Sequence record: OQ383623.1
DNA length: 64,000 nt
Strand: one strand, 5' to 3'
The position numbers and the translations under genes are program-made. The notes under the pieces were generated by a model. The model did no database searches and had not been told where the DNA came from. It saw nothing but the letters and a program-made list of their open reading frames with translations. Shown here piece by piece: positions 35,705 to 46,164 of the stretch (positions are counted from its first letter, which is position 1; each line of letters starts with the position of its first letter).

Positions 35705-38700
35705 ATGGCAAAAAGAGGCAAAGACGGTTTCGATGATATCGATTTAGATAGACTCGACGACTGGGATGATTTCGGTGAACCACCCCGTCCCAAAGACGAG
35801 AAAAAACGAAGCCCGATACTCAGTACCCTGAATGTTGCCAGGAAGTCGGCGTTGTCAACTATCTGGCCAGAAGGGAAACGCGACCAAGTTATCCTCAAGG
35901 GGATGCCTAAGCCGGCAGCTGATGCATACGAGGGTTATCAGTCAGCGGCAGCTGCAGCAAAGGACATTTACGCCCATACGAAAGGGGAGCTTGAGAAGAC
36001 CGAGCGCACGCTGAAGATGCAAGCGCGTCAACTCGGTCCGACAATGAAGAAATACTTGCCGGATGCAGTTACTAAACGCTTCGACAAGTGGTCAAAATCT
36101 GACCAGTTAGATTACCAGAACTACGATCCGAATCAGGCATTGATGGATCGTGAACTGGGCGACGTATTCTCAGGTGTGCCAAAGGACGCCGATGAGCAAC
36201 GTCAGCTGCAGGATCGGATGGTAGAGGACAAGCTCCGTGACAGCATCAAAGAGATGCGCGCGGATGCAATGCACCAAACCATGATTGGGATGGCGAAAGA
36301 TATTAACCTGTTAACCGGGTTAAGCCGTGGGGTATTCTTAAACATCGAGCGTAAGAAGCTCGAATTGCAATACCGCACCCTGTTCGCCATTCAAGACATC
36401 GTGAAGATGAAGCAGTCGGAGTTCGATCGTAACACGCCTGCTTTAGAAGCCATCGTGAAGAACACGGCACTGCCGGATTACGCGAAGGAAGATTTCTCAG
36501 AAGTCCGTTGGGCGAACGTTAAACGCCAGGCTGCGGAATGGATGAACCCATTGCGTTATGCTGACGGGTTTATGGACATGATTCGCGAAAATACCAAGAA
36601 GAAAATTTCTGGTATATTTGGCGAAGGTCGTGGTTTGTTAGAGTCTGTTCTCGGCATGGGTGTTGAAGACGATTTCGGCATGAGCGACAGCTCTTCGTTG
36701 ACTGCCGAACGTCGCAAAACAAATGCTCGCGATAAAGCAACTGCGTGGGGTAGCGGATTCCTTGCGAAGAAACTACTCGGTCCACAAATCGAGAAACTCC
36801 AGAAATGGACTCGTGAGGAGATGGAGAAAAATCCAGAGGTCATGAAACGCCTGCAGAAAGGCGCGTTCACCTTTGGTAATCTTTCCTCTATCTCGAACTC
36901 AGCTATCGCAGGCGAAACGCAAGGACCGTTGGCGGATTTGTTCCGGGTATTGAATGAACTCGGTATTGTCCAACCGTTAAACCGCGAGAAAGCTTTCCTT
37001 GATGAGCGTAATGGCGAAACGTTAAGCCGTTCGGCGAAGTTTGACCGTAAAGCGTATCTTAGCATAGTTGAAGTTATTCCTGCCTGGCTGGCAGAGATTA
37101 ACAAATCTGTTCGTCGTGGCTATGGCGAACATGCCGACCTGGAATACGACATCACCAGTCGTGGTTTCGTAGACCGCAAAGTGGTCGGTAATCGTGTACG
37201 AAAAGCGGTTGCAAATGATGAGCAGCGTCTGCGTCTTCAGAATTCCATTAATAGCACTGTGGATTTTGTTGACCGTGGCAAAACACTCTCGCAGAAGGAT
37301 CGTCAGCATCTTGCCGACTATATTGAGTCGCGTGCCTCGCAGGGCCGTGCATTCGACGTAGAAGCAATTTTGAAAGACCCGATGCATCTTCATCGGTATA
37401 TGCCAGGAAACTCTGCAGAACGCATTAAGGAAGCGTTACAGGGGCATTCTGATAGCCTGGTCGGTGGTAGCAACGAATTAAGTAACGAACTAGCTCGCAA
37501 AATCTCCACAGTGCAGTCATCTATCACCCAACGTCAGGCAATTATCGACGAGGCGGTGAATATTTACGGCGAGCGAGCACTGCGTGATGCGGGTATCTTT
37601 AACTACGACGCGAAGAGTGACACCTTCGGCGTGGATAAAGACCTGTCCGATCCCTATACCTTGTTTAATGACTTGGCAATGGGTAAGACACGCAGCGGGC
37701 GTGCATTGACTCGTGACCAGGAGATTCAACGTAAGCTGCAAAATGGTTCGGCGTTAGGCGACTATCTGCGCCGAATGAACCAAGGGGCAAGTGGTGGTGC
37801 CGATGACACGTCGTTACCGCCGGCTTTACGTGGCGGTGGTAAAGGTCGTGGAATGTCGCCTCGGCAGTTAGCCGCAGTTCTCTACGGTGAAACCTCGACT
37901 AACTTTGTTGAGTTGCTGAGTCAACGTAACCGTGGCGAAGAAGCACCACGGAATAACTTTGACGGTATCATCGAAGCGATTCGGGGTAACAACAACAGTG
38001 ACACCCTCCAGAAAATTCTGGAACACGTCAGAAGCATGGACGAAGAAGGGGTTCTCCTGGCTTCGTTAGCAGGGGGTGCTGGTTCTGGCGATGAAGAAAT
38101 GGGTCCACCTCGCCCTGGCGGTGGTGGCGGTGGTGGTAAACGCCGTCGTATTATCATCGGTGAGGATGGGCTTATTCGTCGTTGGGGTGGTGTGTTGTTC
38201 GACACCGCAACAGGAATCGGTGGCTTTGCAAAACGTGGTGTTAAGGGTGCCTGGAATAAACTGAACCAGTTCGGTGGCTGGGCACGCGGTAAGATCGCAG
38301 GGATGGGAGGTGGCGAAGGTCCTGGTTTCTTAACCCGGATGCGTGGCCTTATCAGTGGTAGTGTCCGTGGGGGCTTTGAAGCAGTAAGCTCTTTCGGTAA
38401 AGGACTACTGGGTATCCGCGACATTTACGATGACCACGGTAACGTTGTTCTGCAGGGCGCTCGCCTGGAAGCTGGGGAATATTATCAGGTTATTGATGGT
38501 AAGATGGTTCAGTTGAAAACACTGGACGACATCAAACTGGGGAGCGACATTGTTGACTCCGCAGGTAATCTGGTATTAGCGGCCGCTGACCTAGCCGCTG
38601 CCGGTAAACTCCGCTACTATAAAGGCGGGAAAATCCAAGCACTGACCCAAGGTCTGGCTAGTAAGATTGGTTTAGGCTTTAATAAGGTGGCTAAGCTACC

Positions 38701-41700
38701 GAAACGGTTCCTGGATTTCCTGTCACCAAAAGCGGGCAGCATCGTTGGTAAGATTAAGGACTGGCTGAACGAAATTCCGGAAGGCGAAGAAAAAACACGT
38801 CTCCAGAAAGCGTTCAATCGCGTAACGAGCTTGCCGGGTAAAGTGCTCGGCTTTGCGAAGCGTGGTGTTGACCGTCTGAAAGACATGATTACCGACAACC
38901 CACTAACGCGTTGGTGGAAAGGCCGTAAAGATGGTGGGGGTGGTGGTTTCAGTCTCTTCTCATCAACCGGCAAGAAAACCAACCACATCCTTATCCGTAT
39001 CTATAAACTGTTGAACCAACGTTTACCGGGCGATCCGGAAGACGAAAGTTGGACAGAAGAAATGGAGAAAGGTGTCGGTGGGGGCGGAAGTAAGATTGGC
39101 CGTGCTGTACGTGGTGCGTTCGATCGTGCGAAATCATCGTTGTCTGAGCGATTCGGTGGTCGTTGGTCAAGAACAAAAGCGTTCTTTGGCCGTGGCCGCG
39201 ATCGGTTACGTGGTTGGTTCAGTGGTTTTCGAGGCCGTGCGGGGGATATGCTCGATGGTTATCGCGGAGCACGACACGACATTGCTACACGCTACGAAGT
39301 TGAACGTCGATTAGCGGGCCGCAGTGATGACGTCGCCGATTTCTATCGCAGCCATTTGAACGCGAAAGGTGGCATTTCTGGCCGTAAAGTGTACGGTGAT
39401 GCAAAGGATGACCTTGAAACTGCCCGCGATGCGGCAGGTCGTGTTATCAACAAAGGGAAGAACGCAGCCAAGTCCGCAGGTGCAAGGTTATTCGAACGTT
39501 TAGACCGAATGATTGGGCTGCAAGAGATGTCGTGGTTTAACACCATGCGCGAATCTGTATCTCGTGCAGGTGGTGACGATGGCATTATTCGCACCATGTT
39601 TGCGAAGTTCGGTAAACGTAATAAGCCACCTGAAAGTGACGAAAAACGCGACTACTTTAACTTCTTCAAACGTTGGCGTGAGAAACGTAAGGAGAAGAAA
39701 GAGAAAGCGCAGGGTTCCAAAGGGAAATCCGGCGGTCTGTGGGATATGGTGAAAGGTTTACCTATCATCGGTCCTATCGTCAGTATCCTGGGAACTGTGG
39801 GGAGCATACTCGGCTCTATCACGAAATGGGGCGTGTTAAAACCCGTAGGTCTTTTAGGTAAGGCTGCGTGGAACGTTGGTAAGTTCGCAGTAACCCGTTT
39901 GGCGGCACCCGCGGTGTCCGCTGTGGCAACTGCAGCGTCTGCCGTCGTGACCGCAGTGGGTTGGCCGGCAATCCTCATCGGTGGTGCGATCGCCGCGGCA
40001 GGTTACGCCGCGTACAAGATTGCAACGACTACCTATACCCAGTACCTGGATAAGATGCGTTTAGCTCAGTACGGTTTCCGTGATTACGATAAGTGGTCGT
40101 CGGACGACGGGGCGAAGGCGCGTTACTTAGAAGACGCATTGCGTGAGTATGTGTCTTACGCGGAAGATGGTCAAGCCAGTCTCCGCGGACTAAGTGGAAA
40201 AGACGTTCAGAAGTTAGCTGAAGGGTTCGGTATCAACGTCGAGGAAAAAGGCGAGATGTTGGCCTTCCAGGCGTTCATGCTTCAGCGCTTCATTCCGATA
40301 TATCTCCGCTGGATTACGGCACTGAAGTCAATGCCGAACAGTATCCAGTTGGCTGACGTCGGCGATGCGAAGAAAGTATCGAAAGAGGACATGCTGACAC
40401 TCTTCAACAAAATGAAGATGACTAAGGATGCAAAAGCGTTCTCTTCGTTAACAGACCCACGCAAAGTCAACCAAGGCTTCTTCTCGAAAGCCTGGGACGT
40501 TGTAACCTTTACACCGAAGGAGTTTTTGAGCGGTGAAGAGGTTATGGAAGTGCAGAATGAAGTCGAGCGTGCGATCAAGTTCAGAATGGACGATAAGAAA
40601 GCACGTAAGTACGGAATGGCACCGGCCGTGGAGGGGATTAAGTCCGCGGGCGTTGATGAAGCTATCAACAAGCTCGGCCAGCTGGATAACGAACGTAACA
40701 AAAATCTGGCGAAGGTAGAGGGTTGGGAAGACGGAACAGAGCAGGTTCAGATTCAGGTAGACTGGAACGCGGTACTTGACCAGAAAGACATGAATGCGAT
40801 GGAGTCGGTACGTTGGAAGACTTATGGTTTTACCACCATCGACAACGCCACACGCACGTTGATTACGGTATTCGAGAAAAACGTCATCAAAGACATTGAC
40901 GTGAAAACCGCAAGCTACAAAGGCGACTGGAAGAAAGCTATCGCTTCGATGGTTCCAGACGCTATCGGCACACCGAAAGAAGATCGTTTGAAGCGGTGGT
41001 TCTTTGACCGTTTCTTACCGGTATTCATGACGTACTTGGTTGGGGTGAAACGCTACCTGCCAACAGCCGATCCGCTGAACTTGAAACTGACCGGCGGTTA
41101 CCTGTACGAAATCAGTTTGATGATGTCAACAGCCTACAGCTTGAAAGGCGGTATAAGACAGTCGGTGTGGGAAGTGAACATCAACCCATTAGGGGGCGAT
41201 GCTAACACTAATCCGTCGTCTATTAAAGCCGAACTGGAAACGCTGAAGCTGTTGTCAAAAGAAGCTGACCTTGCCGTGCGTAACATGATTAAAGCCATTA
41301 AAAATAATGGCAAGCGTGCACGCTGGAAGGATCGTAACAAGAACCGCAGTTCTCTGGAAGTCACCGGTGAAGATGAAGAAGACTCGAACATCAGTTCGGG
41401 AGATTCTTTGTCATCCGACGGTGCTCGCGCCTCAGGCTACATTCCATCGGGCACGAGTGGCGGTGTGCCGGGTAACTTAGGTCAAGTCGTCGATGCGGTC
41501 GGTGGTGTGCGGAACTACGCTGCAATGACCACTGGTTCGTCTTCGATTAACCTGAGTGATGTGAAAGACGGTGATTATAAGTCACTGGCTGAAAAATACC
41601 CGATAGAAATGTTGGGTAGAAAGGGTGCGTTGAACGTTCCGAATATCAAAGCATTGATTACCGATGCAGCGAACATGATGGGCGTGCCACCTGCAGTGGC

Positions 41701-42826
41701 GTTAGCAATGGCTAAGGCGGAGTCCGGTTTTAACTACACCGCTAAAAACCCGTATGCTTCGGCGTCTGGGTTGTTCCAGTTTGTTAACGGCACGTGGGAC
41801 GGGATGATGAAGGGGTATTCGCGGAAGTTTGGTATTCCGCGTGTTAACCAAATGGACCCGTGGGCGAATGCTATATTGGGTGTACAGTTCATTCGTGACA
41901 ACATCCAACAAGCACAGCGTGACCTGGGTGGTAAAGCACCACCTCCAGCCGTGGCTTATCTGTACCACTTCTTGGGTGCAGGCGGCGGTAAGAAATTCCT
42001 GGAAGCATGGAAGCGTAATCCGAATATGGCGGCATCGAGTGCTCCTGGGATTACATCCGCAATACTGAGAGGGAATGCCAACGTTTTCTACAGCAACGGT
42101 CGTATACGTAGCGTAGACGGGGTTATTCAGGAACTGAACCGCCGCATGGGCGCAATTTCCGCCAACGAAGTCGCTGCCGATCCGAGCAAGACGAAGGATA
42201 TGGTTGCAGGATTGTCGCCTAACTCACCAACCAACCCGGCAGCAGCAATGGGTGCACCGGCCGCTAATGACCCGAGTCTGTCGCCAGCAGATAACCTGCC
42301 GGCAGATAATGCTAATCGTCGTGATGATGCATTGACGCAGAAAGGGGCCATGGCGGCACAAGATGCAATGGCTACCGCCGCAGGCAATGTGGGACCAGCA
42401 GCGCCTACACCAACTACAGGTGGTACCGGAACATCCGATGCCTCAACAACTGCTGAGACTGTAGCGTCGCAAGCTGCAGCAGAAGGATTCTCTGCGACGG
42501 ATGTTGCTAAAGTGAAAGCAGGCGCGGAAGCGCAGGTTAACGCAGCAGCACGTCCAGTTGCCGCTCCAACTTCTGATGCCACAGCATCGACGCCAACATT
42601 GAATGGTGACCCGATAGATGTTCAGCAGCTCAAGGTACTGATTCAATCTCGCGATTACTTGAAAGAGATTCGTGATATTTTGAAATCAAATCCAAGAGCG
42701 GCAAACGACACGCGTGGTGGTAGTATCCAGCAAGCGGCAAATGTGGCTCCTCCGGGCTCAGCTGCACGTAGGCAGGAGATAACCCAACCGACGCCGTCTT
42801 TAAACGTAAGTCGGAAAGCAAGCTAA
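35705..42826 (+). CDS. Tape-measure / tail lytic transglycosylase (phiKZ gp181-like)
   Basis: 2373 aa, helical and Gly-rich, hydrophobic segment, SLT motif AKAESGFN...ASGLFQF near the C-terminus. Confidence 0.9.
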   Translation: MAKRGKDGFDDIDLDRLDDWDDFGEPPRPKDEKKRSPILSTLNVARKSALSTIWPEGKRDQVILKGMPKPAADAYEGYQSAAAAAKDIYAHTKGELEKTERTLKMQARQLGPTMKKYLPDAVTKRFDKWSKSDQLDYQNYDPNQALMDRELGDVFSGVPKDADEQRQLQDRMVEDKLRDSIKEMRADAMHQTMIGMAKDINLLTGLSRGVFLNIERKKLELQYRTLFAIQDIVKMKQSEFDRNTPALEAIVKNTALPDYAKEDFSEVRWANVKRQAAEWMNPLRYADGFMDMIRENTKKKISGIFGEGRGLLESVLGMGVEDDFGMSDSSSLTAERRKTNARDKATAWGSGFLAKKLLGPQIEKLQKWTREEMEKNPEVMKRLQKGAFTFGNLSSISNSAIAGETQGPLADLFRVLNELGIVQPLNREKAFLDERNGETLSRSAKFDRKAYLSIVEVIPAWLAEINKSVRRGYGEHADLEYDITSRGFVDRKVVGNRVRKAVANDEQRLRLQNSINSTVDFVDRGKTLSQKDRQHLADYIESRASQGRAFDVEAILKDPMHLHRYMPGNSAERIKEALQGHSDSLVGGSNELSNELARKISTVQSSITQRQAIIDEAVNIYGERALRDAGIFNYDAKSDTFGVDKDLSDPYTLFNDLAMGKTRSGRALTRDQEIQRKLQNGSALGDYLRRMNQGASGGADDTSLPPALRGGGKGRGMSPRQLAAVLYGETSTNFVELLSQRNRGEEAPRNNFDGIIEAIRGNNNSDTLQKILEHVRSMDEEGVLLASLAGGAGSGDEEMGPPRPGGGGGGGKRRRIIIGEDGLIRRWGGVLFDTATGIGGFAKRGVKGAWNKLNQFGGWARGKIAGMGGGEGPGFLTRMRGLISGSVRGGFEAVSSFGKGLLGIRDIYDDHGNVVLQGARLEAGEYYQVIDGKMVQLKTLDDIKLGSDIVDSAGNLVLAAADLAAAGKLRYYKGGKIQALTQGLASKIGLGFNKVAKLPKRFLDFLSPKAGSIVGKIKDWLNEIPEGEEKTRLQKAFNRVTSLPGKVLGFAKRGVDRLKDMITDNPLTRWWKGRKDGGGGGFSLFSSTGKKTNHILIRIYKLLNQRLPGDPEDESWTEEMEKGVGGGGSKIGRAVRGAFDRAKSSLSERFGGRWSRTKAFFGRGRDRLRGWFSGFRGRAGDMLDGYRGARHDIATRYEVERRLAGRSDDVADFYRSHLNAKGGISGRKVYGDAKDDLETARDAAGRVINKGKNAAKSAGARLFERLDRMIGLQEMSWFNTMRESVSRAGGDDGIIRTMFAKFGKRNKPPESDEKRDYFNFFKRWREKRKEKKEKAQGSKGKSGGLWDMVKGLPIIGPIVSILGTVGSILGSITKWGVLKPVGLLGKAAWNVGKFAVTRLAAPAVSAVATAASAVVTAVGWPAILIGGAIAAAGYAAYKIATTTYTQYLDKMRLAQYGFRDYDKWSSDDGAKARYLEDALREYVSYAEDGQASLRGLSGKDVQKLAEGFGINVEEKGEMLAFQAFMLQRFIPIYLRWITALKSMPNSIQLADVGDAKKVSKEDMLTLFNKMKMTKDAKAFSSLTDPRKVNQGFFSKAWDVVTFTPKEFLSGEEVMEVQNEVERAIKFRMDDKKARKYGMAPAVEGIKSAGVDEAINKLGQLDNERNKNLAKVEGWEDGTEQVQIQVDWNAVLDQKDMNAMESVRWKTYGFTTIDNATRTLITVFEKNVIKDIDVKTASYKGDWKKAIASMVPDAIGTPKEDRLKRWFFDRFLPVFMTYLVGVKRYLPTADPLNLKLTGGYLYEISLMMSTAYSLKGGIRQSVWEVNINPLGGDANTNPSSIKAELETLKLLSKEADLAVRNMIKAIKNNGKRARWKDRNKNRSSLEVTGEDEEDSNISSGDSLSSDGARASGYIPSGTSGGVPGNLGQVVDAVGGVRNYAAMTTGSSSINLSDVKDGDYKSLAEKYPIEMLGRKGALNVPNIKALITDAANMMGVPPAVALAMAKAESGFNYTAKNPYASASGLFQFVNGTWDGMMKGYSRKFGIPRVNQMDPWANAILGVQFIRDNIQQAQRDLGGKAPPPAVAYLYHFLGAGGGKKFLEAWKRNPNMAASSAPGITSAILRGNANVFYSNGRIRSVDGVIQELNRRMGAISANEVAADPSKTKDMVAGLSPNSPTNPAAAMGAPAANDPSLSPADNLPADNANRRDDALTQKGAMAAQDAMATAAGNVGPAAPTPTTGGTGTSDASTTAETVASQAAAEGFSATDVAKVKAGAEAQVNAAARPVAAPTSDATASTPTLNGDPIDVQQLKVLIQSRDYLKEIRDILKSNPRAANDTRGGSIQQAANVAPPGSAARRQEITQPTPSLNVSRKAS

Positions 42827-42835
42827 TCGTAGGGG

Positions 42836-45097
42836 GTGGCAACACCCCCTAATCATCTTACAGAGAGGTTTTACGTGGAAGCAAGACAACTAAAAGATTC
42901 AGGATGGGTAACCGGCCTGTTTGGCGGTACAACCGCACAGCGCGATGAGCGCTTCCTGGGTTTGCGTCGTTACTCTAACGCGATGCTCTCGTTTGAAGAT
43001 ACCACGATGGGTGGTTCGCAAGCGTTAAATGCGCCGCCGCAGTTTACGATGTTTGCTGATCCGAGTTCAACAGGTGCCTTTGCACAACCTGATGCGGGTC
43101 GTGGCTCGTACTCAAAGTACGTTAAAGGTCAAGACCAACGTGGTTCCTATCGTTTAGGGACTTTCTATTACGAAGCTATTAACCAAAACAGTTTTTATCT
43201 TCATTGTCGTTTCGGTAAACCTCGATATATCGGGGTGGCTGCGTTCTTCGCGAACATGTACGATTCCAACCTAGCGTATCTGGCACGCACAGGTGACTAC
43301 CCAGGTATGTTACGTGCGATGGGGACGTATGTTGCCGCCGCAGCAATATGGGCCGCAGTAGGCACGGTTGCCTTTGCGGTTATTCTGATTACGCCGCGTA
43401 TGTTGAAGATGGTGCTGAACAAGCAGACTTCTCGCTACTACTACGTGAAACCGACAATGCACTTGTATCTGCGCGCTGTGCAGAATATGGTCAACACCCA
43501 GTTAGTTTATCGCCGGTTGGTACCAACGGGTGTGTTAGGGACTTTCCAGCTTGCTAACGCTGTAGATGGATCTGAGAAAGGCGGTACTGCTAATAAGTAC
43601 AACGGCGACCGTAAAGAGTGGTACTCCATGCTGCCAGAAATCTGGACAGCTGATGGTGAGTTCGATATCTATCGAATGATTAACCGCTACCAAACATTAG
43701 CCAACTACCAGGCGAAAACCATCGATAAAATTCGTAAAGAGTCGAGTAACGAAGAGGACATGGCTCGTCGTTTGCGAAACTTCTATCTGGAAGCGACGTA
43801 CTCAACAACCCATTTGGAGAAAGCTGCGCAGTACGAGGTTTCTTTACGTAACCTTGAATACGTAGCCAAAGCTGGTAAAGGGTACGATGCTGGTTTTGAA
43901 AACGTCGATAACAAAGAAGACGAACTGGTAGCAGGGATGAACGGAAGCATTCAGGATGCTCAGTCACAAGGAGGTAAAGCTGAAAACTTCGAAAACGAAG
44001 GTGACGTGCAACGTAAAGAGCTTGCCGATCGCATGGCGCAGGTTGAAAAGAACCAGGCTCAAGTTGCCAAGAGTCAGACTGAAGCAAACTCGATGGACGA
44101 GAACAATCTCGACATTGGGAAAATTGAAAACTGGATGGACCAAGGCCAGAAAGAATCTATCGGTAGCGTCTTTAAAGACTATATCGATATTTTAGATGGC
44201 GCTATGGATGGCCTAACTTCGAACATCGCTTCGGAGATACGTAACGGTTCGCAATGGATTACTTGGCGTGTTGATGGACGTGATACCGTAGGGCGTTCGT
44301 TCTCCAACACCACCAAAGAACCTGAAATCTCTGGTACGGTTAACTCCGCCACGCAGAAAGCACGTTCTTTGGAAGTAAACCTCTCTGGTGGTAAGACTGG
44401 TTTCGACGCAGTCGATGGTCTCATTACTGGGTTGAAGTCCGCCTTTACAGGCGCACTCGATTTCTTGCATTTATCAGGGATTATGTCACTGTACAACTCG
44501 TCAGTGATTGACTTCCCGGAAGTGTGGGACTCCTCAGACACCTCAGGTGACGATATCTCGCTAAGCATTCCCCTTCGCTGTTGGTCGGGTAACGACTTAG
44601 ATGTGTTTCAGGATCTGATTGTCCCGTTGTCGTTCTGGTTAGCGGCAGTTTGTCCGTTAGCAACCGGTAAACAATCGTTTACACATCCGTTCTATCTGGA
44701 GTGTTATTCTCGTGGTCGTTATTCCATGCGTAATGCCATGGTAACTAACCTGAGTCTCCAGTTCGGTACAGGTGGTTTAGGTTGGCGTGCTGACGGTCTG
44801 CCGTTGTCGTGTGATATACAGGTAACTATTCGTGACCTGTCGCGCGTTATGTACATGCCGATTGTAACTGATATTGGTGTGTTTGATGATGATAACAAGT
44901 TCAGTGAATTTATGTCTGTGTTGGGCGCTGCCACGCTTTACGAGCGTACCAACGGCATCGCGCAGGCTAAAATCAATGCGTCTATCTGGGCGCAGAACTG
45001 GGCAAGTGCCTGGTCGCAGGGCAGCATCGTCAACGCCGCCTTAGATATCATACCAGCCCGACAAATCGCGAACATTTTCCTACCACAAGCGCGTTAA
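42836..45097 (+). CDS. Tail/baseplate hub-type virion protein (phiKZ gp182-like); likely start GTG 42875
   Basis: 753-aa ORF; GAGG SD before 42875; FPEVWDSS and HPFYLECYSRG motifs; synteny. Confidence 0.65.
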   Translation: MATPPNHLTERFYVEARQLKDSGWVTGLFGGTTAQRDERFLGLRRYSNAMLSFEDTTMGGSQALNAPPQFTMFADPSSTGAFAQPDAGRGSYSKYVKGQDQRGSYRLGTFYYEAINQNSFYLHCRFGKPRYIGVAAFFANMYDSNLAYLARTGDYPGMLRAMGTYVAAAAIWAAVGTVAFAVILITPRMLKMVLNKQTSRYYYVKPTMHLYLRAVQNMVNTQLVYRRLVPTGVLGTFQLANAVDGSEKGGTANKYNGDRKEWYSMLPEIWTADGEFDIYRMINRYQTLANYQAKTIDKIRKESSNEEDMARRLRNFYLEATYSTTHLEKAAQYEVSLRNLEYVAKAGKGYDAGFENVDNKEDELVAGMNGSIQDAQSQGGKAENFENEGDVQRKELADRMAQVEKNQAQVAKSQTEANSMDENNLDIGKIENWMDQGQKESIGSVFKDYIDILDGAMDGLTSNIASEIRNGSQWITWRVDGRDTVGRSFSNTTKEPEISGTVNSATQKARSLEVNLSGGKTGFDAVDGLITGLKSAFTGALDFLHLSGIMSLYNSSVIDFPEVWDSSDTSGDDISLSIPLRCWSGNDLDVFQDLIVPLSFWLAAVCPLATGKQSFTHPFYLECYSRGRYSMRNAMVTNLSLQFGTGGLGWRADGLPLSCDIQVTIRDLSRVMYMPIVTDIGVFDDDNKFSEFMSVLGAATLYERTNGIAQAKINASIWAQNWASAWSQGSIVNAALDIIPARQIANIFLPQAR

Positions 45098-45119
45098 TAT
45101 ACCATAGAGGTAGTGCGTT

Positions 45120-45659
45120 ATGAGTTTATTTGGAAAGACCGCAAAAGAGCTGGTTTACGATCTCATCGTGTCTCAGAATCCTGGCCTGACTGGTAAGGGC
45201 GTGACCATCGATAAATTGTCGTTCGGTAACCCGGCACACATCACCGTAGCCGATCCTGACCCAGAGCAATACACCAGACTGAACACCACTCTTGATGTCT
45301 CTGGTATTATTGAGAAAGGTACGTTCGGTAAGATGGGGCTTACTTATCGTCGGTTGGATGTTGGTCATCTCTTTGAGAACGTCGTGTTGTCTGTAGATGG
45401 TAGTGGCGCATCCACTGCTGCTGATCTCGTCCCGTTACTGCAGGCTAAGTATAACTGGATGATTGACGCATCGGAGATCTATGCAAACGAGTCAATGACA
45501 TCTTCCACGAAACACAATTTGCGTTTCAATGGCAAGTCTTTGGCTTGGACTGGCACGGTTGAAGTTTATCTAACCGAAGTTCCAAGTGATGGCGTCGATA
45601 TCAGTAAACTGATCACTGTTACTGAGCTGAATGGCTTGGTTTATGAAGTCTCGATATGA
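45120..45659 (+). CDS. Virion structural protein
   Basis: 179 aa with the YRRLDV...F and SLAWTG pattern typical of phiKZ-like tail-associated repeat domains. Confidence 0.6.
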   Translation: MSLFGKTAKELVYDLIVSQNPGLTGKGVTIDKLSFGNPAHITVADPDPEQYTRLNTTLDVSGIIEKGTFGKMGLTYRRLDVGHLFENVVLSVDGSGASTAADLVPLLQAKYNWMIDASEIYANESMTSSTKHNLRFNGKSLAWTGTVEVYLTEVPSDGVDISKLITVTELNGLVYEVSI

Positions 45660-45671
45660 CGCAGGCGTAAC

Positions 45672-45728
45672 AAAAAAAAAATAAGTATTACGAGTACCCC
45701 GACGGGGTACTCGTTTGCTTTATTTTTT
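45672..45728. terminator. Bidirectional terminator
   Basis: ACGAGTACCCC/GGGGTACTCGT 11-bp stem with A- and T-runs. Confidence 0.85.
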
Positions 45729-46164
45729 AGCGTTCAATAATCACTTTTACGATATCTTCTACCGGAGGGTAATACCACAGAACCACGCTGTTTCGTCCCA
45801 AGTCTTTTGGAAACGTTTGACAGTACGCAATGTCGGTGCCGAAGCGCTCAGAGAGCTTTAAAACGTTCTCTGGGAATTGACAGCCACCTCGCCAATCATG
45901 CGTATAGAGTACCTGCTGTAGTAACTTCACATTAGCATCGAAGAAGTACAGATTTTCCACTGGCGCAATATGTGGTACCGGAATTGGCGTGTCTGTAAGT
46001 ACGAACTCCAAACCACCACATTGTTCTGAACGCTCCGCTAGGAGTTTCAGATGCCATGGCATTAGACCGTGGTCTTCCCAGACGATATTGTTGACCAGTA
46101 AACGATCAACGTATTCATCGTAATCAACCGTGAACAGTTTCTTCGCCATCGGTAAACGCCTCAT
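45727..46164 (-). CDS. Hypothetical protein (alternative start 46149)
   Basis: ORF overlapping the end of the MazG-like gene. Confidence 0.6.
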   Translation of the reverse strand: MRRLPMAKKLFTVDYDEYVDRLLVNNIVWEDHGLMPWHLKLLAERSEQCGGLEFVLTDTPIPVPHIAPVENLYFFDANVKLLQQVLYTHDWRGGCQFPENVLKLSERFGTDIAYCQTFPKDLGRNSVVLWYYPPVEDIVKVIIER

